Below are positions 16,662 through 25,639 of a stretch of DNA of 32,000 nucleotides, in pieces. Source of the DNA: Streptosporangium roseum DSM 43021 (GTDB lineage: Bacteria; Actinomycetota; Actinomycetes; Streptosporangiales; Streptosporangiaceae); contig NC_013595.1 of assembly GCF_000024865.1 (NCBI RefSeq), positions 4,091,798 through 4,123,797 of the forward strand, in the 5' to 3' direction. Made by a program: the position numbers and the translations under genes. How positions within the stretch are numbered: position 1 is the first letter of the stretch; each line of letters begins with the position of its first letter. A model generated the notes under the pieces. It worked only from the letters and a program-made list of their open reading frames with translations. It was not told the origin of the DNA and did no database searches.

Positions 16662-18395
16662 TCATCGCTGCCTCTCCAGGATCCGGGTCCGGGCCAGGGT
16701 GCGGGCGGCCAGCGTCTCGGCCCGGATGACCGCGACGGGCGCGTAGAGGTCCTTGTCGTGCCACAGGGGCGGGTACCGCCGGGCGTCGCCCCGGCGACCG
16801 TGACCGTCGGGTCCGTCGGGTCCGTCGGGTCCGCCGCGCTCGCCGTGGCGGTCATGGCCGCGGCGCCCGCCGGATCCGTCGTGGTCGTCGCGTCCGTCGT
16901 GGTCACGGTGGTCCGCGCGATGCTGCCCGGCGAGGAAGGCGTCACCGCGCAGCACGGCGCGGCGCACCGCGCCGTCGTCGCGTGCGGGGGCCCGGAGCAG
17001 GGTCTGCATCGCGTACGCGGTCTCCTCGGAGGTGCCGGACCACAGGCCCCATGACCCGTCGTGGCGCTGGGTGCCGAGCACCCACTCGGCGGCCGCGCGC
17101 AGCGCCGCGGCGGACGACGCGTCCCCGTGGCGGGCCAGGGCCGAGACGCTGCAGACCGTGGCGTAGTAGGGGGAGGCGTGCCATTTGTCGATCCAGCTCC
17201 CGTCGGGCCGCTGCTGCCCGTGCAGCCAGTGGGAGATCTTGCCGATCGCCCGCCGGTAGCGGGCCCGGTCCGCCGCGCCGGCCTCATGGTCCCCGAAGGC
17301 CATGAGGATGTGGGCGTTGGTGCTGGTGGAAGGAGTGCGCTCGGCGGCGAAGCAGCGGAAATGGGTGTCGGCCTCGTAGGCCCAGAGGCATTCCGGGGAC
17401 CGGGGCCTGCCGATGAGCGCCAGGGCGTGGAGCGCCCCGGCGGTGTCGTCCGAATCGGGCGGCAGGCCCGCGCCGGCGGGCACGCCGAGGTCGCCGAAGG
17501 CGGCGTGCAGGCTGTGGCCCAGCTCCCGGGGCGGCGCGGTGCCCGGAAACGCCTCGGCCAACGCCGAGAGCACCCAGGCCCGCTCGAAGACGCCGATCGG
17601 CGTCACGCCCGGGACCGGGCCGTCGTGCCTGGCCTGCACGGTGTGCAGGTATTCGATCGCGCGCCGCCGCTCCGTGCCCGCCCCGTCGCCGTCCCCGGGG
17701 CCCAGCCAGGCGGCGGTGGCGGCCGGCGAGCAGCCCACGGCCCCGCCGACGGGACGCACCTGGGGAGCCTGTACGGCGGTGCCCCCCAGCGCCTCCAGGG
17801 AGTGCCAGACCTTCGGGGGCAGCGCGTGCCCCTGCCCGGCGGCATGGCGGAGCCGGTCGAGGGGGGCCGGATCCCACCCGTCGGGTGTGTGGAGGCGCCC
17901 CGAGCCGTGCCAGGCGGCCAGTCCGGGGACGGGGTGCCTCTCCAGCGCGTCCAGATGCCGGTTGATCTCGCCGACGAGCCAGGGGATGAGGAACTCCGCC
18001 CCGATGGTGTCCGGAAGGACGGCTCTCGACTGGGGGTCCAGCCGCGCGAACAGCGCGTGCAGGCCGCGGTGGACGGCACCCGCGACATCGCTGTGGCCGG
18101 ATGCGGCCCGCTCGCCGGGCCGGGCGGCGCTCACCACGGTGAACAGGGCCTCGACCGCGCTGAGGGTGGGGACCAGCACGTAGGGGCCCGGTCCTCCCCA
18201 GGTGCCGTCCGGGTTCTGGCCCCGGATCAGGAACTCGATCCGCCGCCGGTGGCCGCTCAGCCACGGTGCCGACGCCACCAGCCGGGCCGTCTCGTAGACC
18301 GAGGCGGTGACCTGACCCATGGGATCGACGGCGATCTCAGCGAGAAGGTCCTGGGGAGAGGCTCCGGCGGGACGTGCCGTACGCGTGGTGCTCAT
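16662..18395 (-). CDS. Class II terpene cyclase (DxDD type, prenyltransferase/squalene-oxidase repeat fold); probable bicyclic prenyl-diphosphate (e.g. copalyl diphosphate-type) synthase
   Basis: DxDD-type general-acid motif in LPPDSDDTAGALHAL. The N-terminal DPMGQVTASVYETARLV resembles bacterial class II diterpene cyclases. QW-like repeats are present (QNPDGTWGG, QRPDGSWIDKW, QRHDGSWGLW). GGAGGA lies upstream of the ATG at 18395. A 50-aa H/D/R/G-rich insertion sits near the C-terminus. Confidence 0.85.
   Translation of the reverse strand: MSTTRTARPAGASPQDLLAEIAVDPMGQVTASVYETARLVASAPWLSGHRRRIEFLIRGQNPDGTWGGPGPYVLVPTLSAVEALFTVVSAARPGERAASGHSDVAGAVHRGLHALFARLDPQSRAVLPDTIGAEFLIPWLVGEINRHLDALERHPVPGLAAWHGSGRLHTPDGWDPAPLDRLRHAAGQGHALPPKVWHSLEALGGTAVQAPQVRPVGGAVGCSPAATAAWLGPGDGDGAGTERRRAIEYLHTVQARHDGPVPGVTPIGVFERAWVLSALAEAFPGTAPPRELGHSLHAAFGDLGVPAGAGLPPDSDDTAGALHALALIGRPRSPECLWAYEADTHFRCFAAERTPSTSTNAHILMAFGDHEAGAADRARYRRAIGKISHWLHGQQRPDGSWIDKWHASPYYATVCSVSALARHGDASSAAALRAAAEWVLGTQRHDGSWGLWSGTSEETAYAMQTLLRAPARDDGAVRRAVLRGDAFLAGQHRADHRDHDGRDDHDGSGGRRGHDRHGERGGPDGPDGPDGHGRRGDARRYPPLWHDKDLYAPVAVIRAETLAARTLARTRILERQR
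16806..16832. repeat. 3 x 9-bp perfect tandem repeat (GTCGGGTCC) inside the cyclase gene, encoding GPDGPDGPD
   Basis: Read directly at 16806..16814, 16815..16823 and 16824..16832. It lies within a wider low-complexity coding stretch at 16773..16922. Confidence 0.9.
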
Positions 18396-18522
18396 CCATT
18401 CCTCCGAGGGGGTGAGGTGTCTTCGGGGTCGGCGCTCACGGCTCCGGCGGCGGGCTGCGGGAGCCGGTACGGTGCTGTCCTCCGTACCGGTGAGATGCGC
18501 GGCCGGTGCTCTCGGGGCCGGA

Positions 18523-19737
18523 TCACGGCTCTGGCGCGCTTCCTGAGGGCGCCGGGACGTCGTCGCCCGCGTCCGCCTGCTCGGCGAGGCGCGTCGCCTC
18601 CTCGATGAGAGCTTCGATGATCTTCGATTCCGGGACGGTGGCGACGACCCGGCCGCGGACGAAGATCTGCCCCTTGCCGTTGCCGCTCGCGACGCCGAGA
18701 TCGGCCTCGCGGGCTTCGCCGGGCCCGTTGACGACGCAGCCCATGACGGCCACCCGCAGGGGCAGGGGGAACCCGTCGAAGGCGGCGGCGACCTGGTCGG
18801 TGAGCCGGTAGACGTCGACCTGCGCCCGGCCGCAGGAGGGGCAGGAGACGATCTCCAGCCGGCGCGGCCGCAGCCCGAGGGACTGGAGGATCTGCGTCCC
18901 GACCCTGACCTCTTCCACCGGTGGAGCGGACAGGGAGACGCGGATGGTGTCGCCGATGCCCTCGGCCAGCAGGATGCCGAACGCGGTGGCGGACTTGACG
19001 GTGCCCTGGAAGGCGGGACCGGCCTCGGTGACGCCGAGATGCAGGGGGTAGTCGCAGGACGCGGCCAGCACCCGGTAGGCGGCGATCATGGTCAGCGGGT
19101 CGTGGTGCTTGACGGAGACCTTGAGATCGGCGAAGCCGTGCTCCTCGAACAGGGAGCACTCCCACAGGGCCGATTCGGCCAGCGCCTCGGGGGTGGCACT
19201 GCCGTACTTGGCCAGTAACCGCCTGTCGAGGGAACCGGCGTTGACGCCGATCCGGATCGGGATCCCGGCCGCGCCGGCCGCACGGGCGATCTCCCCCACC
19301 TTGTCGTCGAAGGCCCGGATGTTGCCGGGATTGACCCGGACTGCGGCGCACCCGGCGTCGATGGCGGCGAAGACGTATCTGGGCTGGAAGTGGATGTCGG
19401 CGATCACCGGGATGGTGGATTTCCTGGCGATCTGCGGCAGGGCGTCGGCGTCGTCCTGGGACGGTACGGCGACGCGGACGATCTCGCAGCCCGCGGCGGT
19501 GAGTTCGGCGATCTGCTGGAGGGTGGCGCCGACGTCGGCGGTGACGGTGGTGGTCATCGACTGCACCGACACCGGGGCGTCCCCGCCCACCGCGACCCCG
19601 CCCACCTGGAGCCGGCGGGTCACCCGGCGCGGCCTGAGGACGGCGGAGGCAGGCGACGGGGAGGGAGACGACCGCGGGGCCGTGGGCGGGGCGCCGGTAC
19701 CGGGCATGCCCAGGAGGACGGGGGCGCTCATGACCAT
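18523..19737 (-). CDS. ispG: 4-hydroxy-3-methylbut-2-en-1-yl diphosphate (HMBPP) synthase
   Basis: [41 protein letters not shown] and the C-terminal CPSCGR Fe-S motif are present. The start overlaps the dxs stop (19728..19730). Confidence 0.95.
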   Translation of the reverse strand: MVMSAPVLLGMPGTGAPPTAPRSSPSPSPASAVLRPRRVTRRLQVGGVAVGGDAPVSVQSMTTTVTADVGATLQQIAELTAAGCEIVRVAVPSQDDADALPQIARKSTIPVIADIHFQPRYVFAAIDAGCAAVRVNPGNIRAFDDKVGEIARAAGAAGIPIRIGVNAGSLDRRLLAKYGSATPEALAESALWECSLFEEHGFADLKVSVKHHDPLTMIAAYRVLAASCDYPLHLGVTEAGPAFQGTVKSATAFGILLAEGIGDTIRVSLSAPPVEEVRVGTQILQSLGLRPRRLEIVSCPSCGRAQVDVYRLTDQVAAAFDGFPLPLRVAVMGCVVNGPGEAREADLGVASGNGKGQIFVRGRVVATVPESKIIEALIEEATRLAEQADAGDDVPAPSGSAPEP

Positions 19738-21671
19738 CCTCCGACCGGCCGGGGCTCGCCCGCCGGTGAAGGGGCCGTCCGCCCGGGGACTCCCGGGCGG
19801 ACGGCCTCCAGCACGGAGGCGGTGATCGAGCGGTGGTCCAGGCCGGCGGCGGCCAGCAGGTGGGCGCGTTCACCGTGGCCGATGAACTCCCTCGGCAGAC
19901 CGAGGGTGCGTACCGGCGTCGTCAGGCCGGCGTCGGCGCACGCGGTGGCGATCGCCGTGCCGACGCCCCCGGTACGCAGGCCGTCCTCGGCGGTGACCAC
20001 CAGATGGTGCGCGGCGGCCAGCTCGACCAGCACCGGGGAGACCGGCGCCACCCAGCGCGGGTCGACCACCGTCACGCCGACCCCGTGGTGACGGAGCTGC
20101 GCGGCGGCGGCCAGGCACGGTCCCGCGAGCGGCCCGACGGCCACGAGCAGGGCCTGGTCGCCGTGCTGGGACAGCACGTCGACGCCGTCCGGACCGCCGA
20201 GCCTCCGTGGCGCCGCGATGTCAGGGCCGGCATTGGCCTTGGGATAGCGGACCACGGTCGGCCCGCCGTCATGGCCGACGGCCTCGTGGAGCAGCTCGCG
20301 CAGCCGGGTCGCGTCGCGGGGGGCGGCGATCCGCAGTCCGGGGATCATGCCGAGCAGCACCAGATCCCACATGCCGTGGTGGCTGGGGCCGTCCGGTCCG
20401 GTGATCCCGGCCCGGTCCAGGACGAACGTGACGGGGAGCCGGTGCAGGGCGACGTCCATCAGCGCCTGGTCGAAGGCCCGGTTGCAGAAGGTCGCGTACA
20501 TCGCGACGATCGGATGCATGCCGTTCAGGGCGAGCCCCGCGGCGCAGGCGACGGCGTGCTGCTCGGCGATGCCGACGTCGAAGAAACGGTCGGGGAACCT
20601 GGTCGCGAACTCGGCCAGCCCGGTCGGGCCCGGCATCGCCGCCGTGATCGCCACCACGCCGGGATGCTCGGCGCCGATCACGGTCATCTCGTCGGCGAAC
20701 AGCGACGTCCACGACGGCGGCGCCGCGCCGGGCACGTCGTGCGGGCGTCCGGTGGCCGGGTCCAGCACCCCGATCCCGTGCATGTGGTCGGCCCTGTCGT
20801 TCTCGGCAGGGCCGTACCCCTTGCCCTTGACCGTCACCGCGTGCACCACCACGGGCCGGCGCAGGGCACGGGCCTGGCGGAGTGCCCCCTCCAGCGCGCC
20901 GATGTCGTGGCCGTCGACCGGTCCCAGGTAGGAGAAGCCCAGGCTTTCGAACACGTTGGGGACGCCCGGCCGGGGAGAGGGGACCCCGGGCCGGCGCAGG
21001 GTGGCGAGGTGGCTCGCGAGCCCGCCGACCGTGGGGGCGTAGGAGCGGCCGTTGTCGTTGAGCACGATGATCGCGGGGCGGCCGGGCGCGGCACCGAGGT
21101 TGTTCACCGCCTCCAGCGCCAGGCCGCCGGTCAGCGCCCCGTCCCCGATCACCGCCACCACGTGCCTGTCCGTGTGGCCGCGGAGCTGGAAGGCCCTCGC
21201 CAGGCCGTCGGCGTAGGACAGGGCGGTCGAGGCATGGGAGTTCTCGACGAGGTCGTGGACCGACTCCGCGCGGCTCGGATACCCGGACAGCCCGCCAGCC
21301 TGGCGCAGCCGGTCGAAGCCGCCCTGGCGGCCGGTGAGGATCTTGTGCACGTAGGCCTGGTGGCCGGTGTCGAACACGATCGCGTCCCGGGGCGAGGCGA
21401 ACACCCGGTGCAGCGCGATGCTGAGCTCCACCGCCCCCAGGTTGGGACCCAGATGACCACCCGTGGCGCTGACCTTGTCCACCAGGAAACGGCGGATCTC
21501 GCCGGCCAGTTCGGGCAGCCGGCCCGGTGGCAGGCGGCGCAGGTCGCCGGGGCCGTTGATCCGGGGGAGAAGGCCGCTCGTGATCGTCGTGCCGGTGCCG
21601 GCCGGCGTTTTCGCGGCGGAGGCGGCGTCCTGGCTCGCGTGGGGGACGGCGGTGGCGATGTCAGCGCTCAT
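19728..21671 (-). CDS. dxs: 1-deoxy-D-xylulose-5-phosphate synthase
   Basis: [36 protein letters not shown], the ThDP motif [15 protein letters not shown] and [11 protein letters not shown] are present. The protein is 647 aa. The start overlaps the ispH 3' end by 11 nt. Confidence 0.95.
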   Translation of the reverse strand: MSADIATAVPHASQDAASAAKTPAGTGTTITSGLLPRINGPGDLRRLPPGRLPELAGEIRRFLVDKVSATGGHLGPNLGAVELSIALHRVFASPRDAIVFDTGHQAYVHKILTGRQGGFDRLRQAGGLSGYPSRAESVHDLVENSHASTALSYADGLARAFQLRGHTDRHVVAVIGDGALTGGLALEAVNNLGAAPGRPAIIVLNDNGRSYAPTVGGLASHLATLRRPGVPSPRPGVPNVFESLGFSYLGPVDGHDIGALEGALRQARALRRPVVVHAVTVKGKGYGPAENDRADHMHGIGVLDPATGRPHDVPGAAPPSWTSLFADEMTVIGAEHPGVVAITAAMPGPTGLAEFATRFPDRFFDVGIAEQHAVACAAGLALNGMHPIVAMYATFCNRAFDQALMDVALHRLPVTFVLDRAGITGPDGPSHHGMWDLVLLGMIPGLRIAAPRDATRLRELLHEAVGHDGGPTVVRYPKANAGPDIAAPRRLGGPDGVDVLSQHGDQALLVAVGPLAGPCLAAAAQLRHHGVGVTVVDPRWVAPVSPVLVELAAAHHLVVTAEDGLRTGGVGTAIATACADAGLTTPVRTLGLPREFIGHGERAHLLAAAGLDHRSITASVLEAVRPGVPGRTAPSPAGEPRPVGGWS

Positions 21672-22680
21672 TCGTACGCACTTCCTTAGGCGGAGCGAAG
21701 CGGACGGTTTCGGTGGTGTGGCGGTGCTCCCGGACCCGCAGCGGCCCCAGGCCGCGGAGAAAGGCGATGACCTCCTCCACCAGGTGGTGCGGGGCCGAGG
21801 CGCCCGCGCTCAGGCCGATCACGCGGGCCCCGTGGAGCCATCCGGGTTCGATGCCGCCGGCGTCGTCGATCAGGTGGGCCGGGGTGCCCTGGCGCCGGGC
21901 GAGCTCGACCAGCCGCACCGAGTTGGAGGAGTTGACCGATCCGACGACCAGCACCAGGTCGGCGGCGGCGGCGATCCCCGCCACGGCGTGCTGCCGGTTG
22001 GTGGTGGCGTAGCAGATGTCGTCGCTGCCGGGCCCGGAGAGCGCCGGGAACCGGTCCCGCAGCGCCTCGACCACCTCGGAGGTCTCGTCCACTGCCAGGG
22101 TGGTCTGGGTCAGATAGGACACCCGGGTGGGGTCGTCGACCTCCAGGGCGGCCGCCTCGGCGGGGGTCTGGACCAGCACGCTCTGCCGCGGCGCCTCGCC
22201 GAGGGTGCCCTCGACCTCCTCGTGCCCGGCGTGCCCGATCAGCACGACGGTGTCGCCGCGCGCGGCGAAGCGGCGGGCCTCGACGTGCACCTTGGTGACC
22301 AGGGGGCAGGTGGCGTCGACCACCCGCAGCCCCTTGCGGCCGGCCTGCGCCCGGACCGCCGGGGAGACGCCGTGCGCGGAGAACACCACGGTCTCCCCGT
22401 CGGGCACCTCGTCGAGCTCCTCGACGAAGACGGCGCCGCGCCGCCGTAGATCGGCGACCACGTGAACGTTGTGCACGATCTGCTTACGGACGTAGACGGG
22501 GGCGCCGCGGTCGGCCAGGACGCGTTCCACGGTCTCGATCGCCCGCTCGACACCGGCGCACAGCGAGCGGGGTGAGGCCAGCAGCACCGTCCGGACGGAG
22601 CCGTCGGGCAGCCCGCCGACCGGCGGTCCGTCCATGGTCAGCCCGTCCGTAGGCGTCGTCGTGGGCATGTGGTCGGCCAT
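21661..22680 (-). CDS. ispH: 4-hydroxy-3-methylbut-2-enyl diphosphate reductase (canonical, all catalytic residues present)
   Basis: [67 protein letters not shown] and GASAP match the E. coli residues C12/H41/H74/C96/H124/E126/T167/C197/S225-N227/S269. The ATG at 22680 lies 1 nt after the upstream gene's stop. Confidence 0.95.
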   Translation of the reverse strand: MADHMPTTTPTDGLTMDGPPVGGLPDGSVRTVLLASPRSLCAGVERAIETVERVLADRGAPVYVRKQIVHNVHVVADLRRRGAVFVEELDEVPDGETVVFSAHGVSPAVRAQAGRKGLRVVDATCPLVTKVHVEARRFAARGDTVVLIGHAGHEEVEGTLGEAPRQSVLVQTPAEAAALEVDDPTRVSYLTQTTLAVDETSEVVEALRDRFPALSGPGSDDICYATTNRQHAVAGIAAAADLVLVVGSVNSSNSVRLVELARRQGTPAHLIDDAGGIEPGWLHGARVIGLSAGASAPHHLVEEVIAFLRGLGPLRVREHRHTTETVRFAPPKEVRTNER

Positions 22681-22681
22681 G

Positions 22682-23728
22682 TCAGCGGTCCCGCCGGGTG
22701 ATCAGCTGGGCCAGCAGGCGGAGGTCGCCGGCCGCTTCCGGGGCGGGGTCGGCCTGCCGCAGGCAGGCCAGCGCGGCGGCGAGGTTGGCCTCGGCCTCCC
22801 GCTGCGCCCAGGCGCGGGCACCGGCCGCCTCGATGAGGTCGGCGGCATGGGCGAGGGACCGCTCGTCCAGGATCCGGTCGCCGTGGTAGAGCCGGGCCAG
22901 CCGCTCGCCCGCGGGGGTGCCCGAGGTGAGGGCGGCGACCACCGGCAGGGACTTCTTGCGGGCGGCCAGGTCGGAGAAGACGGGTTTGCCGGTGACGGCG
23001 GGATCCCCCCAGATCCCCAGGAGATCGTCCGTGAGCTGGAAGGCCAGCCCGAGATGGTGGCCGAACCGCCCGAACAGCCCGGCGCGGTCCTGGCCGGCGC
23101 CACCGGCCAGCGCGCCGATCTCGCAGGCGCAGCCCAGCAGCGCCCCGGTCTTGCCCGCGGCCATCTCGACGCACTGGGCGAGGGTGACGTCGGTACGGGT
23201 TTCGAACGCCAGGTCGGCGCTCTGCCCTGAGCACAGCCGTAGCAGCGAGCCGGTCAGCACCCTCAGGCCCGGGCTCCCGGCGAGCAGGTCCAGGGCGAGG
23301 GTCAGCAGCACGTCGCCGGCCAGGATGGCCTCGCCGACCCCGAACACCGACCACGCGGCCGGCCGGTGCCTGCGGGTCAGGTCGCCGTCCATGATGTCGT
23401 CGTGCAGCAGGGAGAAGTCGTGGACCAGCTCCACCGCGACCGCGGCCGGCACCGCCGCCCGGACGGTCTCCGCGTCCTCGCCGCCGGCCGCCCACGCCGA
23501 GGCCAGCACCAGGGCCGGCCGGACCGCCTTGCCGCCGCCCTGCCGCGGGCGGCCTTCGGCGTCCCACCAGCCCGCGTGGTAGCCGGCGATGTGGCGGATC
23601 TCCTCCGGCAGGCGGTCCACCGCGCCGCGGTGAGCCGGTCCGGCCAGCTCCTGGGCCGCGGCCAGTACCTCATGTGCCGATCGCGTGGTGCTGTCGGTGA
23701 AGCCGAGCACTGGTGCGGTCGTCACCAC
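22682..23728 (-). CDS. Polyprenyl diphosphate synthase, probable geranylgeranyl diphosphate synthase
   Basis: [14 protein letters not shown] and [13 protein letters not shown] are present. I prefer GTG at 23728 ([10 protein letters not shown]...), with GGAAAGAGG ending 5 nt upstream, over the track start at 23827. Chain length cannot be read from sequence (Phe at -5 of FARM); GGPP is inferred from context. Confidence 0.85.
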   Translation of the reverse strand: MVTTAPVLGFTDSTTRSAHEVLAAAQELAGPAHRGAVDRLPEEIRHIAGYHAGWWDAEGRPRQGGGKAVRPALVLASAWAAGGEDAETVRAAVPAAVAVELVHDFSLLHDDIMDGDLTRRHRPAAWSVFGVGEAILAGDVLLTLALDLLAGSPGLRVLTGSLLRLCSGQSADLAFETRTDVTLAQCVEMAAGKTGALLGCACEIGALAGGAGQDRAGLFGRFGHHLGLAFQLTDDLLGIWGDPAVTGKPVFSDLAARKKSLPVVAALTSGTPAGERLARLYHGDRILDERSLAHAADLIEAAGARAWAQREAEANLAAALACLRQADPAPEAAGDLRLLAQLITRRDR

Positions 23729-24129
23729 ACTCACCTCTTTCCTGTTTTTCCGGATTTCCGGGCGCTGCCGGAGCGATATGAACGGACGCGGCCGACGCCG
23801 CATCCCCGCGACGAAGGGCAGGCTCACTTCCAGTACGGCTGGCGCCGCAATGTCTCGGAACCCCCCGGCGCCGGGGGAGTGGTTTCATTTGCCGGCCGTG
23901 TTTCACGCCGGTGGCCGAGGTCGCGGGGCGCGCCTCCGGGCCACCGGTGGACGGAAAGGAAAGGAGGCGGAGAGCCGTACGGCCGGAGCGGCGGCCGCGG
24001 CCGTTGCCGCAGATGGAAGCGGTGAGCCGGACGGCCGTCCCCGGGCGGGCGCCCATCGGCGGGCGGCCCGCCCGGCCCTGTGCCCGAGAACGGAGGACTA
24101 TTGTCGCCGCGCCGGGTGAGAGGACCCGG

Positions 24130-25512
24130 ATGGCGACAGGACACCGACCGAACGTCCGGCTGCGGGCACTGCTGACCGAGACCGGGTGGACCGGCCAGCA
24201 ACTGGCCGGCGCGGTGAACGATCTCGGCGTCGAGGCGGGGGTGACGCTGAGGTACGGCCGGGCGGCGGTCGCGCACTGGCTGGCGGGCATGCGTCCGCGC
24301 TCTCCGGTGCCGGACCTGGTGGCCGAGGCGCTGTCGCGCCGGCTCGGGCGCTCCCTGACCGCCGCCGAGATCGGTCTGTCGCGGCCGGATCGGGAGCCCC
24401 GCGACCCTGCCGGCGCCGACGTCGGCGGCGCGGCCTGGTGGGAGGCGGACGCCCTGGCCGGGCTGGTCGAGCTGCACGCCGGGCCCCGCCCCGGCCGGCG
24501 GCGGGTGCTGGAGGAATGCGTCTACAACCTGGCCGCGCTGACCGTCCCCGGCTGGGCCGACGCCACGGTGGCGGCGGTGACCGCCGGCGGCGGCCGCGAT
24601 CCGGCGCCGCGGATAGGCGCCCCGCAGGTGGAGGCGGCCGCGGCGATGGCCCAGGTGTTCTCCTACACCGACACGGCCTTCGGCGGCGGCCAGGCCCGCC
24701 GGGCCCTGTCGGGGTATCTCGCCGTGGACGTCGTGCCGTGGCTACGGTGCCGGATGAGCTCAACCACCCGCCGCAGGATGCTGTCGATCGCCGCCGAGCT
24801 GACATACCTGTGCGGTTTCATGTGCTTCGACGAGCAACTCCACGGTGCCGCGCAGCGCTACTACCAGGCGGCCCTGAAGCTCGCCGCCGAGAACGGCGAC
24901 GCGGTCGGTTACGCGGTCACCCTGCGGGCGCTGTCGGTTCAGGCCTACACCCTGGGACACCACCGTCATGCCCTCGACCTCGCCGAAGCGGCCCTGTCGG
25001 GTGTCCCGGGGGCGATCGAGCCCGGCACCCGGGCCTTCCTCCACGGGCAGGCCGCCGTCGCCGCGGCCGCGAGCCGGAGCGAGTGCCGCGCCGCGCTGAC
25101 GCACCTCCGCGCGGCCGAGCACCATCTGGATCACGCCGTCGCCACGACGGGGACCGGCGCGGAGACGGTGGGCGCCTACCACCAGGCGTCCCTCGCCCAT
25201 CAGCACGCCGCGGTGCTGACCGCGCTGGAGGACCGGCCCGCCGCCGTCGAGGCCCTGACCACCTCCATACGGCACCGCCCGGCCACCGAACGCCGGGCCC
25301 GCGCGCTCACCTCCGCCACCCTGGCGGGGCTCTACCTCGACCAGGGGCATCTGGAACAGGCCGCGGCCACCTGGCACACCTTCCTCGACGACTATCCCCA
25401 TCTGAGCAGCGGACGGACCCGCGCCGCCCTGGCGACGCTCAAAGCGCGACTCCGCCCCTACCAGCGCAACACCCTCGCCAGAGGGGTGCTGCAGCGCGCC
25501 GCGACCATGTGA
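24130..25512 (+). CDS. Transcriptional regulator, N-terminal HTH (XRE-like) with C-terminal helical TPR-like domain
   Basis: MATGHRPNVRLRALLTETGWTGQQLAGAVNDLGVEAGVTLRYGRAAVAHWLAGMRP... is an N-terminal pattern I recognise from a family of actinomycete regulators. The C-terminal half is Ala/Leu-rich repeats (YYQAALKLAAENGD...). GAGAGGA lies 7 nt before the ATG at 24130. It is divergent from the terpenoid operon. Confidence 0.7.
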   Translation: MATGHRPNVRLRALLTETGWTGQQLAGAVNDLGVEAGVTLRYGRAAVAHWLAGMRPRSPVPDLVAEALSRRLGRSLTAAEIGLSRPDREPRDPAGADVGGAAWWEADALAGLVELHAGPRPGRRRVLEECVYNLAALTVPGWADATVAAVTAGGGRDPAPRIGAPQVEAAAAMAQVFSYTDTAFGGGQARRALSGYLAVDVVPWLRCRMSSTTRRRMLSIAAELTYLCGFMCFDEQLHGAAQRYYQAALKLAAENGDAVGYAVTLRALSVQAYTLGHHRHALDLAEAALSGVPGAIEPGTRAFLHGQAAVAAAASRSECRAALTHLRAAEHHLDHAVATTGTGAETVGAYHQASLAHQHAAVLTALEDRPAAVEALTTSIRHRPATERRARALTSATLAGLYLDQGHLEQAAATWHTFLDDYPHLSSGRTRAALATLKARLRPYQRNTLARGVLQRAATM

Positions 25513-25639
25513 ACCGGCGCCGGAGGCGTGTATCGGGCCGCCCACGGGGAACCCATGGCCTGGCGGGTCGCGCGAGCCCGCACCGAAACCCGAATCCGGC
25601 GCCGGGGGCTCGGCCTCCGGCACGACCGAGGACACAGGC

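Noticed and set aside
16610-17287. 226-codon N-terminal extension of the P450 ORF
   Set aside because: It overlaps the 3' half of the class II cyclase gene in another frame and translates to P/R/T/A-rich sequence. A GTG at 16609 with a GGAGGGGG RBS gives a normal ~442-aa P450.
16662-18395. Interpretation of the cyclase as a squalene-hopene cyclase in a hopanoid cluster
   Set aside because: The window has no squalene synthase/hpnCDE-type or hpnH genes. Excluding the low-complexity insert, the protein is ~525 aa, shorter than typical SHCs. It is also co-transcribed with a short-chain polyprenyl synthase. I cannot fully exclude this without a phylogeny.
17061-21689. Plus-strand ORFs 17061..18608 (515 aa) and 19833..21689 (618 aa), plus the minus-strand alternative frames 17284..18264 and 18392..19873
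   Set aside because: All overlap genes with unambiguous motifs (cyclase, ispG, dxs) and have shadow-ORF composition.
23729-24129. 5' extensions of the polyprenyl synthase ORF (to 23827) and of the regulator ORF (from 23911)
   Set aside because: The extensions are Arg/Pro-rich and lack RBS support. Internal starts at 23728 (GTG) and 24130 (ATG) have good Shine-Dalgarno sequences and give family-typical N-termini.
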